DNA of 54,268 nt from a virus (taxonomy: Duplodnaviria > Caudoviricetes): the IMG/VR virus record IMGVR_UViG_3300032884_000021, positions 1 to 54,268 of that record; one strand, written 5' to 3'. A program made the translations under genes and the position numbers. This document shows positions 1 through 9,240 of the stretch, piece by piece; positions within the stretch are counted from its first letter, which is position 1, and every line of letters begins with the position of its first letter. Below the pieces are notes generated by a model. The model had not been told where the DNA came from. It saw only the letters and a program-made list of their open reading frames with translations, and did not search any database.

Positions 1-30
1 AGCTTGATGCAGAGCAGGCCCTTGTGCTGG

Positions 31-237
31 CTATGCATGGCGCTTATTTTTTTTCTTCGCTATAGGCTTTGTATTCCAAATATTTCTAACCTTATCACAT
101 GCCTCCTCTATCTCTTTGTCGAACTGATAAGCACAATCCTCACATGATTTGCGCGTCGTGAAAAGAACAAGACCACGCACTGAGTATTTTTGCTTCCCGC
201 AAAATCCGCACACATACTTTTCTTTATTTTTTTCCAT
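31..237 (-). CDS. Small CxxC...CxxC zinc-finger-like protein, paralogue of 279..518
   Basis: VCGFCGK...RKSCEDC; AGAAGGAA RBS upstream; aligns by eye with the neighbouring ORF. Confidence 0.7.
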   Translation of the reverse strand: MEKNKEKYVCGFCGKQKYSVRGLVLFTTRKSCEDCAYQFDKEIEEACDKVRNIWNTKPIAKKKNKRHA

Positions 238-278
238 AATTTCCTTCTTTCCTTAGGTATAGCAGTCCCTTGTGCTGG

Positions 279-518
279 CTATACATTGCCGTCACTTGGA
301 CAGTCTTCTTTAATCATTCCCATAGGCTCCTCCGTTACCACTACCGGCCTTTTCATCCAGCGGTGATGAACCGCATCCACTGCATCTTCCACCTCGCGCA
401 CATACTGAGATTCACACTCCCAGCACGATTTACGGCTAGCGAATTGAAAAGCCCTATCTGCCGGAATTGTTTTCCCGCAAAAGCTGCATACTACGGATTC
501 GGCTTTCATGCTATCCAT
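279..518 (-). CDS. Small CxxC...CxxC zinc-finger-like protein
   Basis: VCSFCGK...RKSCWEC; start overlaps the stop of the upstream gene (track ORF 279..524). Confidence 0.7.
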   Translation of the reverse strand: MDSMKAESVVCSFCGKTIPADRAFQFASRKSCWECESQYVREVEDAVDAVHHRWMKRPVVVTEEPMGMIKEDCPSDGNV

Positions 519-726
519 TCGCATCGCTCGCTTTCTTTGGCTTGTGCTCCCCGCACCAGTCGAGCATATCGGTTGCAGGCCATTCGCAGGTGCGCTCGTG
601 ATCTAGCCCGTTCAAATCGTAAATCCTGGCAGGATGAGGTGGATTCCTCCGGCAGAGCCCATCGCCAAGAGATGGTTTTGCACTTGTCCAATAAAAGCAG
701 TTCTTGCACGTCTGATTACTACCCAT
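511..726 (-). CDS. Small Cys-rich phage protein (CxxCxYW...CRRxPP...WCGEH)
   Basis: Motif in translation; ATG at 726 overlaps the stop of the upstream paralogue. Confidence 0.7.
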   Translation of the reverse strand: MGSNQTCKNCFYWTSAKPSLGDGLCRRNPPHPARIYDLNGLDHERTCEWPATDMLDWCGEHKPKKASDANG

Positions 727-766
727 TAACGTCACTCGCTTTCTTTGGCTTGTGCTCCCCGCACCA
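527..766. repeat. 32-bp perfect direct repeat (527-558 and 735-766)
   Basis: CTCGCTTTCTTTGGCTTGTGCTCCCCGCACCA occurs twice, at the 3' ends of the two paralogues. Confidence 0.9.
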
Positions 767-898
767 CCACTCCGGGAATGTTTCCGGGAATAGTGACGTT
801 CCCTCGCCAGCTAATTTCACTATCACCGGCGGATATCGCTGGCAATAGAGTTCGTCCTTCCAGTAAACACAGTTTTCGCACCTCTGATTCTTGCTCAT
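719..898 (-). CDS. Small Cys-rich phage protein, 59 aa, paralogue of 511..726 (absent from the ORF track)
   Basis: Manual translation MSKNQRCENCVYWKDELYCQRYPP...WWCGEHKPKKASDVNG*; ATGA overlap with the upstream stop. Confidence 0.7.
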   Translation of the reverse strand: MSKNQRCENCVYWKDELYCQRYPPVIVKLAGEGTSLFPETFPEWWCGEHKPKKASDVNG

Positions 899-1479
899 AA
901 TCCCATCACCTTCCGCAAGTCCGGAGGCGTGTAATTCTGGCTTTTTAGGATCTTGCCGTCATTCCTGTAGATTGGCTTTCCCTCGTGGTTCAGCTTTGAC
1001 ATGTTTGAATTCATCACAGACCGAAAACATTCATCAATTGGCACGCCTAACGCGTGAGCCATGCCATACACAACTACAAGCAAATCAGTAAGTGCATCCG
1101 CCGTGGCAACCATATCCCGCCGCCAAACCGCCACAAGCAGCTCTCGGAACTCTTCCCATATCAGCCGGACCCGCATCCACAAAATCTTGCGTTCCGGAAA
1201 AGCCGGTTTCGCTTTCACCTCCTGCCCGAACGACAACATGAACACTTTCACAAGCAGGGAGTTCTTGTTGTGCCGAATTGGCCGCGTGGAATTCCTCTTG
1301 CGCTCCTCATATGGCGGCCTATCAGGCACCTCCCGGATCTCCACCTGGCCCACCGGCATCGGCCCCGGCTCCGAGACCAACGGCCATGGAGAATGTTTTG
1401 CATCCACGTAGCCCTGTTTAAACAAATCGTCTTGAATCATCGCTTTGATCATTGGTTGTCCCTTTCTGAATTGGGCCAC
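895..1479 (-). CDS. MazG-like/PRA-PH family all-alpha NTP pyrophosphohydrolase
   Basis: LIWEEFREL...ADALTDLLVVVYG...SNMSKL...GKPIYRNDGKILK motifs; start uncertain. Confidence 0.85.
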   Translation of the reverse strand: MAQFRKGQPMIKAMIQDDLFKQGYVDAKHSPWPLVSEPGPMPVGQVEIREVPDRPPYEERKRNSTRPIRHNKNSLLVKVFMLSFGQEVKAKPAFPERKILWMRVRLIWEEFRELLVAVWRRDMVATADALTDLLVVVYGMAHALGVPIDECFRSVMNSNMSKLNHEGKPIYRNDGKILKSQNYTPPDLRKVMGL

Positions 1480-1801
1480 GTTCTGGAAAACAATAATCCC
1501 GTGGCAATAAATTAAATCTGGTTATTCTCGCATTTAACAATTCAATCGCCGTGATCGTGCTGAGCATCCCGAGGCCCAGCAGGTAACGCACCGCGCCGGG
1601 TTGCAGCATCAAATCACATTTCACCGGATATCCGCCCCGCCTGGATGCTTTTCTATTCCGCCTGATGCGCGGTGGCCGGCGGCGCTCGTTGCCCGTAATC
1701 CTACAGGCCGCGGAACAGTATTTTTTCCGGTTCCCGGTCAGTGACGGTACTACTGCATCTCCGCATATCGGACATGTGGCGGTCATGCCGAGTGCTGGCA
1801 C
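1418..1801 (-). CDS. Hypothetical zinc-finger protein
   Basis: CPICG...KKYCSAAC followed by a basic stretch; lies within the operon. Confidence 0.55.
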   Translation of the reverse strand: MPALGMTATCPICGDAVVPSLTGNRKKYCSAACRITGNERRRPPRIRRNRKASRRGGYPVKCDLMLQPGAVRYLLGLGMLSTITAIELLNARITRFNLLPRDYCFPERGPIQKGTTNDQSDDSRRFV

Positions 1802-1977
1802 GATGGCACCTTGATATCTTTACCAGTGGTACTGGATTTATCAATATTCCGGGTAGCTTCAAAATACATCTGTTTCAACACATCGGCGTTTTCCTGTGCT
1901 TGCACATATGCCTTTTGTAACCATTCAAAATCGGCTATGCTGCGCTGGCGACTGCCTGATTCTTTTTTGTTCTCCAA
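1783..1977 (-). CDS. Hypothetical protein
   Basis: GGAGGA RBS upstream of a TTG start; fills the gap after dnaB. Confidence 0.45.
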   Translation of the reverse strand: MENKKESGSRQRSIADFEWLQKAYVQAQENADVLKQMYFEATRNIDKSSTTGKDIKVPSCQHSA

Positions 1978-3272
1978 TCTTCCTCCGTCAACGTCATGTG
2001 TTCACCGTCTAAAAATAATGGAACCGTACCAGTCAACCCATTCCTGTTTTTCGATACTCGAATCATGCGCTCGATATTCCTGGATTCGTCTGTTTTACCG
2101 GGTTCCCAAATCATCAAAACAACATCGGCATCCGCTTCCAAACCGCCGGATTCCCGCAAGTCCGAAAGCTGAGGCCGGCCACCTTTGCGCTTTTCAATTT
2201 CCCGGTTCAGTTGGCTCATAGCAAAAACAGGCACGTTGTAATTGCGGGCCATGCCTTTCAGGCGCTTGGTAATCATCGATATCTCACGATCCCGGCTGGT
2301 GTTCTTGGAAAATCTTTCCGCCTGGTCCGTGTTGGCGAGTTGCACATAATCCAAAATTACCAGGTTGGGTTTCCATCGGTGAATCTCGCCCTGAATCATC
2401 CCGCAGTCCTGGTCACCACCATCGAAAATTTGAGCAAGATTTTTCCGCTGCTCAATCCACCCGGCAGCCTCTTTTAACGTTCTCGCATTGGCACCAAATA
2501 CCGATCCAGACTGGATATCACCGTATGAGATTTGCGACCTCTTGGCGAGCCATCGCTGAATGATTTCTTCCCGTCCCATTTCCAAACTATGGAAATTAAC
2601 CCTCATCCCGTGTTGTACGGCAGCGTCCATCGCTTGCAGCCCAAGAATCGATTTGCCGCTCCCAGGCCGCCCTGCCCCAATGTAGAGCCGCCCCGGATGC
2701 AATCCGCCGTTTAAAAGGTGGTTTACGGCGATAATGCCAGTACCTATAACACCCTCGGCCTTTCGCTGAGACAAGGCCAATTCAACCACCCGGGAAACAA
2801 TCGCCGCCGGATCACAACCGGCGTTTTCAGTCCCGGCATAAAGATTGGCCAACGACTTCTCAATCAGCCCGATAATCTCACCACGATCCGCCTCCGGATT
2901 CGACGCCGTATCCGTCAGCTTTTGGCCCAAAAGCATCACCGCCCTCATCTCCGCGCTTTCCCGAACCCGGGCCGCGTGCCAGAAAGCTATGCGCTCGGAC
3001 CTGACGGCACCATCCAGGCAGGAAGAAACGTGTGATATGGCCTCTCTGTCTCCGGAAAGCATTGAAATAACCATCGTCGCATCTACCCCCGCTCCAGGGG
3101 CAGACAGGCGCTTTTCAATCGCTTGCCAGATTTTCCTATGGGCCGGGACGTGAAAACTATCAGGTTTCAACCCGGTTTGATGGTAGTACCCAGCCCCGCC
3201 ATCCATGAGCAAGTAGGCTAAAACCGCTCTTTCGTCCGTCACTCTTGACGGTATTACTGTGTCTGATTGCAT
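1935..3272 (-). CDS. dnaB: DnaB-like replicative helicase
   Basis: Walker A GRPGSGKS, SLEM, ILDYVQL, SQLNR, DLRESGGLEADAD, KNRNG. Confidence 0.97.
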   Translation of the reverse strand: MQSDTVIPSRVTDERAVLAYLLMDGGAGYYHQTGLKPDSFHVPAHRKIWQAIEKRLSAPGAGVDATMVISMLSGDREAISHVSSCLDGAVRSERIAFWHAARVRESAEMRAVMLLGQKLTDTASNPEADRGEIIGLIEKSLANLYAGTENAGCDPAAIVSRVVELALSQRKAEGVIGTGIIAVNHLLNGGLHPGRLYIGAGRPGSGKSILGLQAMDAAVQHGMRVNFHSLEMGREEIIQRWLAKRSQISYGDIQSGSVFGANARTLKEAAGWIEQRKNLAQIFDGGDQDCGMIQGEIHRWKPNLVILDYVQLANTDQAERFSKNTSRDREISMITKRLKGMARNYNVPVFAMSQLNREIEKRKGGRPQLSDLRESGGLEADADVVLMIWEPGKTDESRNIERMIRVSKNRNGLTGTVPLFLDGEHMTLTEEDWRTKKNQAVASAA

Positions 3273-4150
3273 TTCATCTCCTCATCCCTCAATTTCCTAT
3301 TGCGTTCTTGGGTTGCCAGGTGATCACGCGTTTGTTTTAAATCGGCCTCAAGTTGGCGTTTTGCTTTAAGCTCTTCCGCATCTTCCGAAGTTGAACCATT
3401 GCTATTGCCATTAGGTGAACCGAATTCGCTCCAGTGCTTTAACAACGCCTCAGGGCTACAAGGCAAAGTTTTCCAGGACTTGATCGCTCTGGCATACCTG
3501 ATTGGTATTTCGGATGGATCAATTTCGGCATCTTTGAACTCCACAGCATTCTTTCCGAATCTACCTTGTTCAGCTCTGGTAACTGGGGGTCCCCAAACCG
3601 CCACCATCGAATCCCAATATGGGTTCTTTGGCCTCGGAATTGGTTGCGTTTTATCCCGTTTTCCAGGTGGTTGTGTATCCTCTTCTTTCTTTAATGAAGA
3701 TGAAGATGAAGATACCCGTGACATTTGCGTGACAACAGGCGTGACAACAGGGGGGTTGTCACGCTCTATGTCACGCTCTGTAACTTGTAGATTGTAAGGC
3801 GTTTGTTTCGTTCTATGCCTTTTTTGGCGGGTATTCCAAGCCTTGCGCTTCGCTTCGTCACGTACCATCCGGCGAGAAAAAATCGTTCCATTTTTTGTTC
3901 GGGAGAATACGGAAAAACGCTCAAGGTTCGCAAGTAAAAGGGTATACTCGTCAACCTGGTATCCGACTACGCGGGCTGCCTCGGCATCGGTAGGTGTTTG
4001 GTCTCCGATAACTAAGTAGCCCCGCTTCGTTGCGAGGTGCATGAAACAAAGCAAGTCTATCCACAATCCTCTAGCCGCTGGAGTACAAGCTCTTAGTCCC
4101 GGATCTTTCATCCAGTCTCCAGCGTAAAAGTTGAAATACGGTAGATTCAT
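3254..4150 (-). CDS. Phage replication initiator (YdaU/DUF1376-like N-terminus)
   Basis: PYFNFYAGDW...ARGLWIDLLC N-terminus; directly upstream of dnaB; internal iteron-like repeats. Confidence 0.75.
   Translation of the reverse strand: MNLPYFNFYAGDWMKDPGLRACTPAARGLWIDLLCFMHLATKRGYLVIGDQTPTDAEAARVVGYQVDEYTLLLANLERFSVFSRTKNGTIFSRRMVRDEAKRKAWNTRQKRHRTKQTPYNLQVTERDIERDNPPVVTPVVTQMSRVSSSSSSLKKEEDTQPPGKRDKTQPIPRPKNPYWDSMVAVWGPPVTRAEQGRFGKNAVEFKDAEIDPSEIPIRYARAIKSWKTLPCSPEALLKHWSEFGSPNGNSNGSTSEDAEELKAKRQLEADLKQTRDHLATQERNRKLRDEEMKCNQTQ
3717..3775. repeat. Iteron-like cluster, candidate replication origin
   Basis: CGTGACA at 3717, 3728, 3740 and inverted TGTCACG at 3757, 3769, inside the initiator gene. 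Confidence 0.55.
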
Positions 4151-4239
4151 TTAATACAGCTATTGTTTAACCTGATGCTATTGCCTTAAAATTGCCTATC
4201 GCGGATGGTAACCTTGCGATCATGGCAGCCATAATCCAC

Positions 4240-4650
4240 CTAAAAAGGGATATCATCTTCGTTTGGGTCGGTGGCCGCCGGGTAGGCGGTGGCTGGCTGC
4301 GACTGCGCGGCGTCCTTCCGGCTGTCGAGCATGATAATTTCACGGGCCACGATTTCAAAGGCTTTACGCTTGACTCCCTGCTTGTCCTCATATTCGCGGG
4401 ATTGGATACGGCCTTCCACGTAAACCAGAGAGCCTTTTTTCAGGTACGATCCGACTATGTCGGCCAGCTTTTCCCAGGCGATTATGGAGTGCCATTCGGT
4501 CCGGCTGGTGTCCTCACCCGTCTGCTTGTTGGCGTACCCTTCAGAGGTCGCCAAGCTGAAATTGACAACATTCTTCCCGCCTTGCGTGGATCTGATTTCC
4601 GGGTCCTTGCCGAGGTGCCCTATCAACGAAACCTTGTTGAGTGATTTCAT
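4240..4650 (-). CDS. ssb: Single-stranded DNA-binding protein
   Basis: LNKVSLIGHLGKDPE, TEWH, KGSLVYVEGRI, acidic tail DDIPF. Confidence 0.97.
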   Translation of the reverse strand: MKSLNKVSLIGHLGKDPEIRSTQGGKNVVNFSLATSEGYANKQTGEDTSRTEWHSIIAWEKLADIVGSYLKKGSLVYVEGRIQSREYEDKQGVKRKAFEIVAREIIMLDSRKDAAQSQPATAYPAATDPNEDDIPF

Positions 4651-4652
4651 GA

Positions 4653-5339
4653 TTACCATCCTCTCGCGGCGACTTGCTGAGTCTCATACACCCGGATACC
4701 TGCGATGTTGGCAGCGCTTTTCATGGCGTCTACCACCTTGGAGATTTTCTTTGTGTCAACAGTCATAAAAACTCTGGGTATTTTGTCCTCATCCACGATC
4801 TCCCAGTCCCAGGTGGTACGCATCGATATCCCGGCGGTAGGCGCGGCCTTGGGAACGAAAACAAAAGGAGCCGGCGCGGCTACCGCCTCGGCTAGCACCT
4901 CGGTTGCCGCTTCCATTTCACCACGGGATTCCAGGATTGCCGCCTCTTCCAATCGTCGGGTTTCCTCTGCCTTGCGGGCCGCCTCCTCCAGGCGCCGCTG
5001 CTCGGCTTTTCTCACCAGCTCCTGCTGAGTCGCATATTCCGAGATTTTGGTTTTCACGATTATTTCCGCCTGTTCCAGCGGTTGCATGAGCTTTTTCTGT
5101 CCGGCGGTTAATGCCTTGTGCGCCTCGTAGGCGGTCTTAATTTCCGGTTCCAGTTCTTCTTTGATCGCCTTTTGCAGCGTCTTCAGTCCGCGCAGGAAAT
5201 AGCCTGCGCTTTCGTTGTCCTTGTCGTTGGCAATGTTTAACACACGCGCCAGCGATAATTGCTCTTCCGTATTCCAGTTATTGTTATAGGATTTAATGTT
5301 TTCCATTTCAGTTTGTCTTTCCGTTGATTTCCAGTTCAC
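4653..5339 (-). CDS. Coiled-coil hypothetical protein of the recombination module
   Basis: Long ORF between the exonuclease and ssb; Glu/Ala/Lys-rich helix; likely start 5306. Confidence 0.7.
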   Translation of the reverse strand: MNWKSTERQTEMENIKSYNNNWNTEEQLSLARVLNIANDKDNESAGYFLRGLKTLQKAIKEELEPEIKTAYEAHKALTAGQKKLMQPLEQAEIIVKTKISEYATQQELVRKAEQRRLEEAARKAEETRRLEEAAILESRGEMEAATEVLAEAVAAPAPFVFVPKAAPTAGISMRTTWDWEIVDEDKIPRVFMTVDTKKISKVVDAMKSAANIAGIRVYETQQVAARGW

Positions 5340-5925
5340 GTTTCAGGTTGAAAAAGTCCAAACACACCTTGAACCGTTTCCAGTGTATGTGTCCGTCCAG
5401 CTTGTAGTATCGGTAATTTCCATCAGGGAGGAGGTGAACTACCGCTCGGGTTTTTGGTGCGCAGTCCGGCTTTGCAGCCTCCGCATAGGCTGCGAGTTGC
5501 ATTCCCCACTTGTCCGGCGTTGGTATTCTCTGCGTCTTGATATCCAGCAGCGCAGTATCCCCCGATGGGAACGTCCCAACCATGTCAAATCGCCCACAAA
5601 ACATGAGGGCGTCATGGTATACCAGGGCTTCGCGCAGTGTGGGTTTAAAACCAGTATCTTGTCGAAACAGTATCCATGCCGACAAGTACGGCAGGATCAG
5701 AGGGTCAACGGTGGCCTCGTCTAGGTCGCCCTCGTCGTGGAGTTGCGCCGCCAAGTGGACAGCCGTACCACGGTCGGCGGCGTACTGTAAGACAGCCGGG
5801 CTGATACCCTCGTATCCGCCCAGCACTCCGGGTATTTGGGACACCGACGGGAGTATCATTCCCGTCGGCTTGTGGGTGTAGGTATGGAGATCGTCTCGGT
5901 ATGCGATGCAGTCCGGATTAAGCAC
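5308..5925 (-). CDS. PD-(D/E)XK RecB-type exonuclease
   Basis: RGTAVH, GRFD...LLDIKT, QLAAY motifs; adjacent to ERF. Confidence 0.85.
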   Translation of the reverse strand: MLNPDCIAYRDDLHTYTHKPTGMILPSVSQIPGVLGGYEGISPAVLQYAADRGTAVHLAAQLHDEGDLDEATVDPLILPYLSAWILFRQDTGFKPTLREALVYHDALMFCGRFDMVGTFPSGDTALLDIKTQRIPTPDKWGMQLAAYAEAAKPDCAPKTRAVVHLLPDGNYRYYKLDGHIHWKRFKVCLDFFNLKRELEINGKTN

Positions 5926-6634
5926 TGATGGCCTCCGGTTCCGGATCTGGGCTCATGGTCTCGATGTCCTTGATAATGGAATCGTACTCATGTTTTTTGA
6001 TTTGGTAGCTGTGTTCCGTGTTGTAAAAGGTTTTTAGCAGGGTTTTCAGAGCATCGTTGCTCCATCCAGCGCCTTTGGCGATAGCGAACATCCGCTTTCC
6101 CTGGGCTTCGGTAATAAAGTCGCCATTGGTGTCTTTCGAGCCGACCGGCGCGGAAGCGGGAGACTGCTCGCTTTTGCGCTGCGGTTGCATAATGGGCGGC
6201 TTGGCGCTGGGGTGGTTCCCGGACATGGCCGTGGAGGATACCGCGGCGTTACCGTCATCATCCTCTGGGGCCACGCCGAGCAGGCTGAGCGAGTACCGGC
6301 GGGCGTAGGTCAACGCCGATCCGTATCCTTGGGCGTCGGCCTTGGTCACCGGCAGTGCCAGGACGCCGAGCGAAAACGATTCGCCGGATTCGTGGAATAG
6401 GATCGTTTCCACTTTGACTTCGTCCTTGGCGCTCTCCTCCACGCGCTGGAGGTAGGAAAGGCCGTACTTGGCGAACGGGGCGCGGATCGCCTCGACCACC
6501 GATGCCAGGTCCGCGTATTTGCTCTTAAAAAACGGATTGGCGCTGTCTTTCGCGGCATTCTTCATTTCGCCTTGGGCCTTGGCGAGAGCCGTAGCCAGCT
6601 CTTTAATATTTCCTTGACTTGAATTATTTTCCAT
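5918..6634 (-). CDS. erf: ERF-family ssDNA annealing protein
   Basis: ALAKAQ...NPFFKSKYADL...AQGYGSALTYARRYSL...EDDDGN; AAGGAG RBS before ATG 6634. Confidence 0.93.
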   Translation of the reverse strand: MENNSSQGNIKELATALAKAQGEMKNAAKDSANPFFKSKYADLASVVEAIRAPFAKYGLSYLQRVEESAKDEVKVETILFHESGESFSLGVLALPVTKADAQGYGSALTYARRYSLSLLGVAPEDDDGNAAVSSTAMSGNHPSAKPPIMQPQRKSEQSPASAPVGSKDTNGDFITEAQGKRMFAIAKGAGWSNDALKTLLKTFYNTEHSYQIKKHEYDSIIKDIETMSPDPEPEAISA

Positions 6635-6668
6635 GGTAGGATCTCCTTTAGTTATTGTTATTTCAGTT

Positions 6669-6705
6669 AAGAGCCGCTGCGGGTTACCTCCCAAAGCGGC
6701 TTTTT
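6669..6705. terminator. Intergenic hairpin, possible terminator
   Basis: AGCCGCT...AGCGGCT stem with T-run on the + side. Confidence 0.4.
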
Positions 6706-6853
6706 AATTTATGGGCGCGTCTTTTTCTTTTTCAGTTGCGCTCGCATCTTCCTCCTGACTCTCTTCCGATTTTTTAGCCGGAGGTGGTTGGTACCGCTTG
6801 CACCAGGCGGCGTACTGGTCCGCCTCGGTCCTTTGGTCAGAGCCAAATCTCAT
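6704..6853 (-). CDS. Hypothetical 49-aa protein (absent from the ORF track)
   Basis: ATGA overlap with the upstream stop, GGAG RBS, open to TAA at 6704. Confidence 0.4.
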   Translation of the reverse strand: MRFGSDQRTEADQYAAWCKRYQPPPAKKSEESQEEDASATEKEKDAPIN

Positions 6854-7170
6854 ATTGTCTCCTGCTGCTGATGAGCCAGCGCCGGAATGTTTTCGACTAG
6901 CCGAGCGGCCAGCGTCGCAGCGGTGCAGTCATCTGTGAGGTCGGGAACCACGTTCCCTAATTCGTCGCGCCAGTTAAGGATCTGGGCCTCGGCATCTAAG
7001 ACGGCATCATTCCACGCCGTCAAGGATAAACCTGCATTGCGTCCCAAATGATAGATGAGGTGTCCGGCAAGGCTCTTAGCCTCGGTCATGTCAATGTACT
7101 CGGCATTCGGCAGGCTACGTTTGGCGTAGGCCCTAATCGCATCTTTCGTTTTTTCCACGTTAATTCCCAT
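6850..7170 (-). CDS. Hypothetical protein
   Basis: Operon strand, AAAGGAAG upstream. Confidence 0.6.
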   Translation of the reverse strand: MGINVEKTKDAIRAYAKRSLPNAEYIDMTEAKSLAGHLIYHLGRNAGLSLTAWNDAVLDAEAQILNWRDELGNVVPDLTDDCTAATLAARLVENIPALAHQQQETI

Positions 7171-7194
7171 TTCAGTTTCTGCTTCCTTTCTTAA

Positions 7195-7221
7195 TAGGCC
7201 GGGTGCGTCCCACCCGGCCTA
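7195..7221. promoter_or_regulatory. Perfect 11-bp inverted repeat (hairpin)
   Basis: TAGGCCGGGTG-CGTCC-CACCCGGCCTA, intergenic. Confidence 0.5.
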
Positions 7222-7455
7222 CCCTATACTTTTAAACATTGTTGGGACACTCACACCGCCACCCGGCAACACACCGGATAGCGCGGACTTGGGATCATCA
7301 TCGAGCCATCTCTGGTACACGGCCATACCCAAGGGCATGAGGCCCACGATACCCACACCCCAACTCCGGTCACTGTACTCAAGCGCCGGAGATTTACGGC
7401 TGCCCCAGGCTGGCCCCGGGGTCTTACGGCTGGTGGTGGGCATCGTGCGGCTCAT
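7219..7455 (-). CDS. Hypothetical protein
   Basis: ATGA overlap with the upstream gene; no motif recognised. Confidence 0.35.
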   Translation of the reverse strand: MSRTMPTTSRKTPGPAWGSRKSPALEYSDRSWGVGIVGLMPLGMAVYQRWLDDDPKSALSGVLPGGGVSVPTMFKSIG

Positions 7456-8075
7456 GCGGTTTGTCTCTTCAACATTCCATCGTCATCCAACACATCAAAA
7501 AGGCTCCGCATTCCTGTACCCTTCTTCATTAACAACTGGTGCAATTCCTTTCCGATCTCCTCCATATTCCGAATAGCCATATCCACCTTTTCACTACTGT
7601 TTGGCCTTAAAATACAAGATGAATATTTCTTGGCATGATCATCGGGAAGTAAGTACCCTTTGGACGTTTTTAGATTTATCTCGACTTCTCTATACCTATT
7701 CCCTTTATGCAATGCCCGCAATAAAACCTTGGAGAAAATAAAGACAGTATCGTAGTCTCCAATGATGTAAAGCCATGTATTATCTTCGCGATATATTCCA
7801 GATGGGACATAGTCTCCCGCGCGAGGTCTGGCCTTCTCTGCCGTCTCTATGTAAAGGTTCCCCGTTTCCGCATATTTCATGTCGTGCTTGATCTCAACGC
7901 CTGTTCTGCTTTCCCCTACGTTGAATTGATAGGCTTTCGAAACGTATTGGCATATCGCTAAGCCGATTGTCTGCCAGCAAAGATCGACGATGAAATCTTG
8001 ATATACAAACCCAGCTTCCATCTTGTTTTTCCGATAGTCGGCAAAATCTTTATTGGGCCTAATCATTGCTTTCAT
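7452..8075 (-). CDS. Putative PD-(D/E)XK-like endonuclease
   Basis: GVEIKHD...TGNLYIE (ExK) motif; overlaps the end of the MT-A70 gene. Confidence 0.5.
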   Translation of the reverse strand: MKAMIRPNKDFADYRKNKMEAGFVYQDFIVDLCWQTIGLAICQYVSKAYQFNVGESRTGVEIKHDMKYAETGNLYIETAEKARPRAGDYVPSGIYREDNTWLYIIGDYDTVFIFSKVLLRALHKGNRYREVEINLKTSKGYLLPDDHAKKYSSCILRPNSSEKVDMAIRNMEEIGKELHQLLMKKGTGMRSLFDVLDDDGMLKRQTA

Positions 8076-9240
8076 TACCCCACGTGTCCCATCCGTTTAC
8101 CTGTTTCCGCGCGAAGAGTTCAACTCGTTTACCGCTGGGATATAGGGTGTCGATGATGTCTCTGAATTCCTCCGGCTTTTCGCTGTGCTTCTTGGTTCTC
8201 TCTATGCTTTGAACCGAGTCGAATAGCTCTACGTTTTCAGGTGTGCAACTTCCTTTCGTGGCTATCAAAAGGAATTCATGCCGCACGCTGTTGTAATGGC
8301 CCATGTTGTGGCGCACCTTGTCCCAGATAAAAGACGCTTTGTATCTGAAACCCCACGCCGACAACACATCCAGCGCTTCCGGTAAGAGTGGAGACGTGGC
8401 CCATAGGAAGAGAGCGGCGTCATCGTGCGTCATCGATCTGATATCCAGCGCTTTCAGTTCGCTTATGGACATCGATGGATAGTGCTTCTCAGCAGCACCA
8501 TAGCTTTCCGATATGCTTCCGGACTGCTTGTCGTTGTAGGCCCATGGTGGATCTGCGTAAATGATTCGGTATTTGTCGGAGGGTAGAGCAGCCACCTTTT
8601 CGGAAACGGAGTCTCTCTTCATTTGGCGGTGCGCTTCCGATGGCTTCATTTCTCCGGTGCGCACCTTTTCGCTTAAGTCAGGTCGTTTCTCGTCTAGCTG
8701 GTCCCCGCGCTGCACCGCTCCGGGGTTCGTCTTGGACGCTTTAGACTTGGAGGCTGCGCCTTTGTGTGCGTTGGGCTTCGGGGTGGGTTCTTCAGAAAGT
8801 AGTGCATCACTATGGTGCACAACCTTCTCCTTGCGTTCTCCACCTTTGGGCGCATAAGGGATACCTTGCATAGCCTCGCTGCGCTTCCGGTTGGCTTCCT
8901 CCGCGATCCGCCGCTTCTCCGCAAGAAACGCCTCGCCCTTTTTGTGGCAGAACTTCCAAATCAGATACCGTTGCTCAGCCACCAGGTCCCGCCGCTCCCC
9001 GTTCAGGCTCCAAACGTAGGCCCACGGATCACCGTCAAACGATCGGATCTTCGGTGGTATCCCAAGATCGGATAGCGCCTTGTACCGGTTCCGCCCGTCC
9101 AGCACCATCCCGTCACAGGTGGTGATCGGCTCGATCTGTCCCTGGCGCTCAATATCCGCTTTGAGTTCTTCAAAGCGCTTCGCGTCCATCATTGGGAAAG
9201 AGTTCGCTGCCGGGTGGAATTCTAGAGCCTCAATATTCAT
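8059..9240 (-). CDS. ParB-like N-domain fused to MT-A70 N6-adenine methyltransferase
   Basis: N-terminal IERQGQIEPI...LDGRNRY (ParB/Srx); C-terminal IIYADPPW, LFLWAT, HEFLLIA, HSEKP, VELFAR, GWDTWGNE. Confidence 0.92.
   Translation of the reverse strand: MNIEALEFHPAANSFPMMDAKRFEELKADIERQGQIEPITTCDGMVLDGRNRYKALSDLGIPPKIRSFDGDPWAYVWSLNGERRDLVAEQRYLIWKFCHKKGEAFLAEKRRIAEEANRKRSEAMQGIPYAPKGGERKEKVVHHSDALLSEEPTPKPNAHKGAASKSKASKTNPGAVQRGDQLDEKRPDLSEKVRTGEMKPSEAHRQMKRDSVSEKVAALPSDKYRIIYADPPWAYNDKQSGSISESYGAAEKHYPSMSISELKALDIRSMTHDDAALFLWATSPLLPEALDVLSAWGFRYKASFIWDKVRHNMGHYNSVRHEFLLIATKGSCTPENVELFDSVQSIERTKKHSEKPEEFRDIIDTLYPSGKRVELFARKQVNGWDTWGNESND

Noticed and set aside
5308-5925. Cas4 or CRISPR adaptation gene
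   Set aside because: Lacks the four-Cys Fe-S pattern and sits in an ERF-SSB recombination module.
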